This document shows, piece by piece, positions 39,077 through 50,800 of a stretch of DNA of 64,000 nt. This DNA is from Tubiluchus corallicola (lineage: Eukaryota; Animalia; Priapulida). Made by a program: the position numbers and the translations under genes. The stretch covers positions 1 through 64,000 of the forward strand of contig JAQGDQ010000715.1 of NCBI GenBank assembly GCA_030141605.1, given 5' to 3'. Position 1 is the first letter of the stretch. Each line of letters starts with the position of its first letter. A model generated the notes under the pieces. The model was not told the DNA's origin. It was given only the letters and a program-made list of their open reading frames with translations, and made no database searches.

Positions 39077-39696
39077 GTAAGCATTTTACGCATTAAGATG
39101 AAACAAGAAAAAAGGCTTTCATTTTTGCATTTGCTTTTAGTATTGTAATAATATTTGTTATAACTTCTTTGCACAAGTCTTGTTATCTAAATGTCAGAAT
39201 GTCACATCCTTCCGAGCCTGAATAACCTAACCTGGCCCTTTTTTCTCTCATGGCGTAGTAAAAAATGTGAGAACAACAGCAAGAAGAGTCAAAGACAACA
39301 ATGAGAGATTATCTGCTGTTTTATGCCAAAGTACGAAAGCGCCTGGGGCTTAAATAATAGTTTTAGTTTAAATAATATTTTAGTTTAAATAATATTTGAA
39401 GGGAAATAATGTTTGCAAACTTTAGGTTTATAGGAGCAAAAGCTGATACATTTGATCATACACTGATTGGCCAACGGGAAAATTTATGTTACACACTTTT
39501 AACGTAAGAAAATATGTTTGGTCTGTGTTAGTTTCATTGAAAGATGATCAAAAAACTTTGTCTTTTTCTTTTACAATTAGAAGCCAAGAAGAAATGGGAG
39601 TAATATGCGATAGAGTTTGTTTTGGCATGATTTGTTTTTAAGCACCTTCATAACTTAAGCTTCATATTCAGTCTTTTTGATGATGACGACGACGAC

Positions 39697-39741
<45 letters not shown>

Positions 39742-39841
39742 AATTTCAACGATGATGGATACATCAACAATAAGACGATGATAATGACAAGAATTTAATT
39801 TTTGTTTTAGGATCATAGTTACTGTAGTAGTTGTTATTGCA

Positions 39842-42800
39842 ATGAAGCTCTTACTGATTCTGTTGATGCCTGTTTTCATAGCAGGTCAGCCAGGTAAGTA
39901 AATTCAGATTGTGCTGCGTGCTTTATTGTTTAACCGTCTGAGTGGGGGGGGGAAGCTACCCTTTGCCACTTTTTAAAAAATCCACACTGATGTGATAGTG
40001 GTTTTCGGGCTGAAGTAGAAGCAGGCAGGCGAGTGATATTTAACAGAAAGCCATTCATGTACTTTCTAAGCATCTGGCGGAGCTCATTTCTTGCATTTTT
40101 TGTTTTCATTAGTGATTGTTTTTAGCACATGTATAGATATAAGATTGTAGTCTTTTCTAACAGCGAAGAGACAAAAATACCAGGGAAATATGGAGAGGCT
40201 GTCAAAAACGGCAGCAACTGGTGCACCGTAGAGTATTACATGCGTTCATGGGGTAACCAAGACCTCAGTGATCTACAGCTCTCCATATTTTAACAAATGC
40301 AGCAGATGCGCAGTCTGGTTTTAACTGGCCTGGGGAGTTTTTAGGTGTCCTCAAATACTCACTCTTGCACCATATACTAATTTCCAGCATGGTCTCAAAG
40401 GTTGTAAAACTCTCCACATTTTAATTGAAGTAAAACTCTCCACATTTTAATGAATGCAGATGCACAGTCTGGTTTTGCCTGACCTGTAGAATTTTTTGAT
40501 GGTCTTCGAATAGTCTCATACATCCATGTACTTACTTCCAGTATGGTCTCAAACCCTGAGTCTTTTTTGCAATGGGCGCTGACTAACTACGTAAACTATG
40601 AATATAATTTGGGTGCTTAATAGAAAATAACGTGACATTTTAATTCCACTAGAGTCAAGGTTGTGCAGAAAGCAGTGTCCACGGTCAAGAGATGACTCAC
40701 CTGTGTGCGGACAAAATGACAAGACTTATCCAAATGAATGTCGCCTGAACTGTTTTGGTACGTTATTCAATGCAAAATACTGTAAGTTACTGTATCAGTA
40801 TAACTGATGTAGTTGCCTAAAGTATGCACAATCTTAGTTCAAGTCCCACTTCTAACCATATTTTTCAAGCTTATTAATTAATTTGTTTTACACGCTTTTT
40901 GTTTATAACTGATCAACAGATCTAGAAATGTAATGGTTTATTTGATTGTAGGGGTGGAAAAGAAGTGCGATGGAAACTGTCCTTGTTCTACGTCCTCGCC
41001 AAAGTCATGCAAACAGCAATGTCCACGGTCAAGAGATGACTCACCTGTGTGCGGACAAAATGACAAGACTTATCCAAATGAATGTCGCCTGAACTGTTTT
41101 GGTACGTTATTCAATGCAAAATACTGTAAGTTACTGTATCAGTATAACTGATGTAGTTGCCTAAAGTATGCACAATCTTAGTTCAAGTCCCACTTCTAAT
41201 CATATTTTTCAAGCTTATTAATTAATTTGTTTTACGCGCTTTTTGTTTATAACTGATCAACAGATCTGGAAATGTAATGGTTTATTTAATTGTAGGGGTG
41301 AAAAAGAAGTGCGATGGAAAATGTCCTTGTCCTTCGTCCTCGGCAAAGTCATGCAAACAGCAATGTGCACTTTCAGCAGATGACTCACCTGTGTGTGGCG
41401 AGAATGGCAGGACTTATCCAAATGAATGTTACCTGAACTGTTTTGGTAAGTAAGTTATTTAGAGCAGGGCCGATGCTAGGAAATGCGGAGCACTTGGAAA
41501 ATAGTTAGTGATGGCATTTACCCTACAAAAGCTGAAGATGGATGGTTTAGTACGCCAGTCTCAACCAAAAAGTGTTTAGGGTTTGAAGCTCTACCATTAG
41601 CCACAATGAAATGCAAAAAATTGAAAATCCATATGAAAGTTTTAATGTTTTATTTCAAGACAAGATAATTACTTTACATACTGTTTGTGCATAGGACTTC
41701 TAAAACAAGCTAATTTGGCTTTTTTATCCCAGAAATCTTTCAAAATTGTTTCAAAGTCGATAGTTTTTATATTTTCTATTTGTAATGTCATACATCGCCA
41801 TATTATTTACTTTCTATTATGAAATTATTGGCCATAAATATGTGGGTTAAGGGTTTGAATATCTTCCTCAAATTAGAACAATTAAAATCCAGCCGCGATC
41901 TAAGTAACGTACACAGGTTCGCCAGTTACCATTTTTAAATTATGTAAATGCTGCCGATGAACTGAAATTTCAGAACAAATAAATAAACGATCAGCAAAAT
42001 TACGTTGAAATATGGATATACAAAAAGAGACTGGATAGTTTCACAGTATCAAGAAACTTTATACACACTCGAAACTCATTAATTAATCAATTCACCACAT
42101 AAGGTCCTCGACTCTCTTGGCGTGGGGTCCAGTTTTTAAACAAATCTGTTTAATTGACTTGAAACCGGCCTTGGCTCAATATAAAATATTGAGTCCGTTA
42201 ACAAGATCTTAGTTCGACTCCCATTGCTAGCAATGTTTTCAAGGCTTACCAATTTATTTATTTTGGTTGCATTTTTGCTCTTTATTAATCGACAGGTCAA
42301 GAAATTTGTCTATTATTTATCTGTAGGTGTGACAAAGATGTGCGATAGAAAATGTCCCTGTCCTACATCCTCGCCAGAATCAGATGCATGTACTAAAGAC
42401 TGTTCTGAAGCTGGTGATAGCGTTGGTTGTTATAGATTAATGGGCGCGGGTGTTCCAAGAGAACTGAGATGTGAGCATTACACAAGTGAATGCGAAAGAG
42501 ATGTGTAAGTATAAAAATTGATAGCTGTAGATTTCGGGGTCTTTCTAGCGTTGATACATTGAATCAGATTCTTTTATGGTGGCGCGAAGTGAAAGGTCCC
42601 ACAGTAGTAAAATCATACGTGCTCTGTCATTGGAGCTGCAGGTCATATTTTCTCAATTTGTTCTAAGCAACAACTAACATCAATTTTTCGTTGAGAAAAT
42701 ATGTTTGGAAAACTTTCAAAAAACAACACGCCAGATTAATAGGGCAAAAACCGTTTAATACCTAGCACAATAATGTTCTCAATCTCAACTTGGTGGAATG

Positions 42801-43300
42801 CAAGGTGAACACTACATAATATAATCTGCCAAGTCTATACGTTCACTTTTGATTTGTTTCCTGACTAACCAACGTTTGTCAAATTATTTGTGCTAACGAT
42901 GCAACTTGTGTATAATGCTGCTAGAAGAGCCAAATCTATCAATCAATGATTCTACTAATCTATTATGTTTTTCATTTTTATTTGTTAATTATAAAGCTAC
43001 CAACTTTGTGGTTGTTATTTCACCATGGCTGTTGCAGTTTTTGTAATTGGGCTGCTCATTATTGACTGTCCTTGGCATAAAGCGAGAGGCAGTTGAAAAT
43101 CGAATAATCTTCTCCACTTTTCTTATGCAGCTCGGCATTTTCATGCAAGTATTCAACTCATGATGGTAGGGTCTAATTACTGTAGATTTCTGCAGAGGGC
43201 TTTCTAATTTTTTTCTACATTTAGGGCTGAATGTGAAGCAAAGAAAAAATATCCGAATGCATATATGGTCGAGTGCGCGGGGTGCCCGAAAGGACGCTAA
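39842..43300 (+). CDS. Secreted four-domain Kazal-type serine protease inhibitor K1 (236 aa). Exons 39842-39893, 40653-40757, 40952-41101, 41296-41445, 42327-42504, 43225-43300
   Basis: Signal MKLLLILLMPVFIAGQP; repeats C-x3-C...PVCG.N..TYPNEC.LNC.GV.KKCDG.CPC; all introns GT-AG with matching phases; open to TAA. Confidence 0.9.
40670..41445 (+). repeat. 344-bp exon+intron tandem repeat inside K1
   Basis: Donors at 40757/41101/41445 and acceptors at 40952/41296 are spaced exactly 344 bp; introns nearly identical. Confidence 0.95.
41465..42173. mobile_element. K1-specific hAT-like insertion
   Basis: CAGGGCCG...CGGCCTTG termini; absent from the equivalent K2 intron; no clean TSD. Confidence 0.45.
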
Positions 43301-46280
43301 TAACGTTACATATTATCGATTGTTCCTTTTGCTCTAATTTTTCTCTTGCGTTTTATTTTTATTGTAGGTGTACTGCAACATGAATATATATCTACTATAA
43401 CTACAGATTTAATGTAAAATCAGCATAGAATCGAATTTGTTTCGAATCAACCCTAATAAATGGTACTTGAACTGACCAGCAAGTCTTGGATTAAGTAAGA
43501 CATCAAGTTACTTGCATTAGTTACTCAATTAACAGTTGATATGGAGATTGGTTTTATGCTCGTTAGTCAAGTATTGCATGTGTGACATTTGAGAGGTGGA
43601 ATTACTTGTAATATTGTACTAAGGGTAAAGTTATCTGGGAATAAATGCATTAATCAAATGAATAAATGCTCACTTTTTGTGTTCAATAGAATTTGATGCT
43701 TGTTAGACATGTGCCTTCTTAATAACTAGCCTTGTGTTAAATAATAAGTAAAAAGTGCTAAAGTGAAAGAAAAAATGAGAAAATTTGCAAGAAGAGGGAA
43801 AATGCGAGTTTTTAAAAACACCGAGTTCAATAACGAAATTGGAAATCTTAAATAAATGCTTGAAATTATGAAAACAGCAAATACGAAAATTTTCACCAAG
43901 TTATTGTCCAGTATTTTCTACTGCGTTTATGCAATGCTGCGACTATGACGATGATATTAATGATGATCATGATCATGAAGAAGAAGATGATGATGATAGT
44001 GATGGTGATGATGACGATGACGAATTTTAATAAAACCGACCATAGTAGCAGTAATTTCCCTCGCTATTTTTTACACGGTAAAGAACTTAGTAAACACATA
44101 CTGTGATCTTGGAGCTGTACACTTTGCCTCCATAATATAGTTTGGAATGGTTTGTGCTAAAATTGCAAATTTGCAGGTTTAAAACATTAAAAAACTTAAA
44201 TCATTCTTTCATTAAAACGATTTGAAAATAGCGCCCCAGAATAATAATAACAATCCCCGGAAATTTTATCCTAATTGAACGCTCAGTGCTAAATACATAT
44301 TACGTCTGTAAGCATCAGTTATTCATAAATTTCATGATTATCTTTAATGAAAGTAAGTAAATGTGGAAACGTCGGAACAGAGCATGGGGAATCTTCTTGC
44401 ATAAATCCTAATTTGGGTCCCTCAAGCATAACTACAGTCAGCAAAAATTATTCTAGAATTAGTAAACTGACTGGAAATGCTGAATTGGTTGATGAGCTGT
44501 AAGGATTGATCTTTGAATCAGTCTGGAAAGGCAAAGCATTGCAGCGGCACGTTGTTTGCCTAGTGTGCTAATAGTCCCGGTAGGGTCCTCAAAAATTGAA
44601 GGTAAATGCAGCACTTAGAACTACTGCAGCACCACCACCCCCCACCCCCATCCGCTAGTCAACAAACAAAATCAGTTTATACATGCACTCAGTGAGTCAC
44701 TGTATTATTGAAAGTAACAACTTTTCTAACAAGCACTAAGTTCAAAATATAAAATACCAAAAAGATGTCAGTTGCAGAGTCTGGTAGTCATTTTCAGTGT
44801 GATTGGTAAACAAACGGCATACAGTTTTTTAGACAAAACTGGCAGCATATGAAAATCACTAATTATGTATTTATATGGCAGCCAAAGATGAAGTGAAACA
44901 GATAGAGAGAGAAAGATGTACAGTAAAACTGTAGCTAGTGTTGAGGATTGACGATGACTTTTTAATTTCTTGCTAAATAAGTTGCTAGTTCTTTAGAAAG
45001 TCTGGACCTTTGCTATGGTAGGCAACATTGCAGCTGTTACACTGAAATCTATAAACAATACCAGATTGCAAGAATGTGGGTATTTTGTATTTAAATGGAA
45101 AATAATGCATAATGAATATGCGGCTGCTTAACCGTATGCCTGATTTTATTTTTCACTTGAAAGGGCTAAGAACCAATGAACAGTAAAGGTAAATAAATTA
45201 CTTTTATGGGAACAGACAGTACGGTGATTTTTTTTGAATGAGCTTGCATTTGAACAGTTTTCAAGAGACAGACTCAAAATCAGCGTGCAGACCAATAACT
45301 TATAATGCGTATTCTTTCTGAAATTAGATGTAGAGATTCTACCATGGTCATTATGAAGCAGTATTATCTAAAAAACATAAAGAACAATTATTTTCAATAT
45401 TTCAAGTAAGTTTGATGCAATGGGTTTAAACAATTAAAAAACAGGGGTGTGAGGTTTATAGATTTGAACTATGAAAAAATGTCTTCTACATACCGTTTAT
45501 AAAACACTGGTTTAAATTCTTTAAGAGAATTGTTTCACAATAATATTTAACACGTGAGACTTTGTACTTTTTACAGGTTGCGCAACTGGTCTAAATTAAG
45601 ATTACTAACAAGATTACTAACTATTTTTTTATAATACTTTTAAAAGTTTTTTAAACATGCTCTTTCCCATGATCAGGAAGGAATCTACAGCTATTTCCAC
45701 GAAGAGTATTCGTGCTCAGTTGTAATGAAGTTGATCATTTATAGCAGTTGAATAAACTGTAGAGATGGTTTTCTAGAAGCTTTGTAGTTCAGTTTTGTAG
45801 CGTTTTGTAGTAACATGGATCACAGTAGTTGTGTAGTAGACATGCCGACAAACTGGCATATTTGCAGAGAAGTAGTCATGCAGGCTAACAGATGATGACA
45901 GCACACAGCACGGTAAATGCCGTACTTTAGCCACTTTATGCTTAAGAATAAAATCACAGAAAGCCACGAAAAAGAACCAAAGAGCACCTACAACACCTTT
46001 GCATTTCACGCAACTAAAGTTTCACGGTACTAGCACTTCATGATAGTAGCCCGCAATTAAAATACAGTACAATATACAATATAATATTAGTGCATCATGG
46101 AGTGCTGTATAACATTCTGGTGCTCTGTAGAAAAATTATACAGCACGTTGAAGTTCTTTGCCTATCCTTGTCCTAGTAATGAAACTATTCACCCAATGGC
46201 AATGTTGTTCAACACAGACATTTCCAGATCAGAACCTAGAAACCAATGAGTCAGACAACATAGTAAAGAATGCGTATGGT

Positions 46281-47935
46281 TTACATACCCACTAAGATGC
46301 TTATAGTAGACGGTTGAGTAGCTTCCTTGTAACCGGTGTTTTTTAAGCAAAAACAGACTTCTCTCGCAACTTCTGTCTGAGAGTAAAGTTGTAACATGTT
46401 AACGGTTTGGAACTTCTTAACTTTTACATTTGTTTATTTACGCTACCTTTTATGTAAAATGCAAGATAAAATACATGAAAATCATTTCTGAATACCACTC
46501 ACCTTATTTAGAACAATTCTTACCCAAAACAAAAGTTCTAAATAATTTGGTTAGAAATAATAAGAGAAATAGATTAATAAAATTTACTTTAAAACAATTA
46601 TTGACAACAAGAGAAAAAAACTGAGGTGAAAATTTACAGTTTTAAATTTAAGCTCACAGTTTTTAATTAAACCGGCTAACTATATTTAGAAAAGAAAATC
46701 CAGTGAAAAGTGATACATTACAAAAATTCTTAGGATACAGCACAACTAAAGACTGATTTATAAATTGCTGTAAAATTACAATTGAAAGAACATTTTATAA
46801 ACCACATAAAACAACAACAACAGCAGCAATAATAAAAAGTGATTATGATGGTGAGGATGATGATGATGATAATAACAATAGCAACAACGTGAACACAACC
46901 AAGAGGTAAATAAAACATAGCAGTTTAATGCAAATGGCTTTCTCAAAGGGTGAAGCACTTGTTAGTAATCATAACTTGACAGATTAAAATTGGTTTCGGT
47001 CCATTATGTGCCCCTCTATTGTTGGACCTTTATTCCATTGTGAGAACACAGAAACAATACCATTTCTTTATTAGTTGGAACTGCAATCCATTTTTGGAAC
47101 TCAGAAGCACGAACAGATTTTCTCTTTTTCCCGTTTAGCAGGAAAGCCTGAGCAACTGTTGTAACGCAGAGAAACAAAGGAGTTATTGCGACCCCCAGAA
47201 ACAGAAAATCTAATTGAAAATTTGAAACTCTCTCGCCTTTGCTATTTGTACATTTCTTCTTATAATGTATTTTTAGCAATTCGGTAATTTTTCTTTAATT
47301 TAAATGTGTTTTAAAATTAAAATGGGCGTTGTGCTGTTCATTATTACCTTAAAAGCCGCGCTGTCTTTTTAATTATAAATTTTCACTAATTGTTTCTCAC
47401 GCTGTCCATTGACAGATGGTAAATTCAAATAACGGAGATATTCAAAGTATTCAAAAAATGTAAATGAATTAACAATTTTATTTTACTATCCTAAAAAAGT
47501 CTCTCGTTTTCCTCAATCGACTCTCAAAGTTTGAAAAATTGCTCCCAAATCCCACATATTAACAAGACACTTTATTCCTTAATGAATCAGGTGTTACCAA
47601 GCACAATGAGTCCTCCACTTCCAATTACTATGCAACAAAACTTAAGAAGAAAGGTTGATAACATTGAAGAAAGTGACGTCTGACTTTTAAGGACACAGCC
47701 AAGGTTGCTAAATAACTATCCTTTCCCACTGAGGTTATATTTTACACTTAATGCCAACGTTCTCATTTACCCAGGCGTTAATCACTAAAGTAAAATTAAA
47801 CATTTGTCGGCTTTTCAAATCAATTGATAAGTTGAATAATTCAAAATTGAGCACCCTTGGTACAACTTTACATGCCCCCAACCTCCTTAAATCAGATAAC
47901 TTACTCAAGCAGTTGCTATGATATTCTCTTTTCAT
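46281..47935 (-). CDS. Putative small secreted prepropeptide (neuropeptide/peptide-toxin-like). Exons 47935-47905, 47209-47061, 46376-46281; optional 53-bp intron to exon 46235-46189
   Basis: Phase-compatible GT-AG exons give MKREYHSNCLNFLFLGVAITPLFLCVTTVAQA-FLLN-GKKRK-SVRASEFQKWIAVPTNKEMTEVAREVCFCLKNTGYKEATQPSTISILVGM*; aaccATG context. Confidence 0.55.
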
Positions 47936-48463
47936 GGTTTACGCTGGTGGTCACTGTGACGATTGTTATGGTATTCGCGTGTGATTTAACTGTTTGATTA
48001 TTAACTCGAAAACTATGAACAAGAGAACAAATCTAGTTGACCAAATCATAAGTGACTGTAGTAATGGTTGAAAAGAGGTAGTTGATAATGTTGGGCGAAA
48101 ATTTGAAAACCAAACGACATTTCTTTTGCATGTCCTGGGCTATCCTTTCTCAAAGCCCTATATAGCAAAAAGTTGTTGAAACTTGCCTGGTTGTTAGAGA
48201 AGATGGGAATAAGTACTTGACAAAACCTGAGAGTAGGATCTTTGAAAGTTTTCATAAATGGAACAGGGCAGCAATTTTGTAGCTTTCACAACGTATCGAC
48301 TATAACAAATTAGCATATGACCTATTGAAATATTGTGAAAAGTCCTATTCACATTAGGGAGAAGATACAGGTCACTGAGGGTGGCAGTGTCGGTGGTCAT
48401 CATCGTCATCCTTGTTATGGTTATCATATTTACTATTATTACATGTATAATCACTTATTCTCA

Positions 48464-48817
<354 letters not shown>

Positions 48818-50800
48818 TCTCTGTTGTCCTTGTAATTTGTCCTTAACATTTTACTTTTATTCCCGCTTTTTCATTAACCTTAGTGTCATATATTTAGCTT
48901 TGTTTAAGACTAATTTATTGGGTTCAAAATTTATATCACAACAGCCTTGCTACAAATTTATGCTGAACAAATGTGCTTAGTAATTCTCGCAAGGAGAAAA
49001 TACAGGTGCAAGTGGATTAGTTTGTTATTTGTTAATTTAATTAGCAAGTTTGGACGAGAATTTCAAAGTGAAGGGTTTTTTCTCATCGTTTTTCCATATT
49101 CTTCTCTAAGGATCTTAGCTACTGTCTATTATGCTTGGCAAAACCTGATTCATCGGAAAATTAAGAACGTTTTGAGATGTGGGGCAGGGCAATAGTTTTC
49201 CGGTCTCTGGTGACAAAGTGAAGATAATAGAAGATGATGTAAAAGTTCTAAACGCATTTTTGTTGTTCCAAGTACAGTTGAAATAATAAAAAAATAATCA
49301 CAACAGCTGACTTGAAAGTGAGAAAAAAATAATTTTACTAAATCTCTGAGATTTTATTGAGCTTTTAGAAAACTGGCAAGGCATAATTACAGCTTGAGAT
49401 TAAATAAATTTGTTCAATTAAAAGGAAGTGGTTATAACTGCGTTATTAAAAAAGTAGGTTATTCCAAGGGATGGCTGACTCATCGAAAGTACCAGAGTTT
49501 GTCTATCAAATGTAAAACAGTCAGATAAACATTGATGCGCTGAACCTTACAATACCTGAAGACAAAGAAGAACTACGTGTCTTATGTTTTTGACAAGAAG
49601 GCAGTCAAGCAAATGAAGCTGTATCAGAAGAGGGGTAACATATCAAATTTATGCTGCTCTAAAATTGCTTTTGCCACTGTATTTTGCAAAATTTAGTTTC
49701 TGATTTTTATATTAGTTTTTGAAAGAACAAAGAGGAGTACAGTAATCGTAATGAGGCTGCATTTAAGTGGACAAGTTCTCTACCTTTTTTCAAACTTTGT
49801 CAGTGTAACCGTTGACCAGGAATCAGAGGTCATTGGAAGGTCCCAGTTTTTCTAAGTCAACTACTTTAAACTGCATGGGGTTGATTCTACGTACTTTACT
49901 TGTCAGCATATGCGACAACGCCAAGTAAACAAGGGGCAATATTTTGGCAATAGTTCGACCTCTACTTTACTTTTGAATATTTACGACTTCCAAGTTAGTG
50001 CCACTTAACGGTGAAAGTACAGAAAAACAAATTATTTTATTTAATTTGTTTTTCATTTCATAGCGTTGCATTGATTGCAATTATCATTCTCGTGACTATG
50101 GTTCTCAGCAATTTTGCTCTTTGTGTTCAACTAACGAAATGTCAGGATGTGGCCTTCTTTTTTAAACCTTGTTAAACCTTTTCCAAAACTGGCTAACTCA
50201 ACCTGACATCTTTTGGTGGCAACCATGAGGTGTTCAAAAGACTGTGAATGAAACAAAAAAGGTCAGAAATAGCCGGGAAAGATATCTCCTTGTTGCCAAC
50301 TTGCGAGAGTTTTTCGAGCTGTTCTTGATTTAGATAATATTTTTTTATTAATAAAAAAAGAACCATGAGCGCAAGATTTAGGTTTATAGGAGCAAATACA
50401 CTAACGTTTGATCAAATGCTGAATTACTAATAGGAATAAGGTTTTTCAACACTGAGATCTTCTCAAGGCTTTCTCATCTTTAGGCTTTTGTTTTGAAAAA
50501 GCTCACAAAACTACAATCTCAAGCCAAAATGTTGTAATGCGCATTACTCCCATTTCTGCTTGGCCTCTAACTTGGAGTTAACTTTGTTGATCATCTTTGA
50601 ATGAAACTAACACAGACAATTAATATATTTCTTTTGCTGCAAGTGGCTGTATTACAAATAGTGATGGTAATGATGATGATGGCGATGACAGTGACGATGT
50701 CATTGGCGATAATGATGATGGGTATGACAATAATGATGACGATGATAACGACAACGATTCTAACTTTTTTCAGGTGTTTGATTACAGTAGAGTCATTGCA

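Noticed and set aside
45773-46009. Hydrophobic minus-strand ORF as a missing SLC7 TM10 exon
   Set aside because: Lacks the conserved R...P...RP.K motif and a convincing phase-0 donor; more likely 3' flank of the prepropeptide gene
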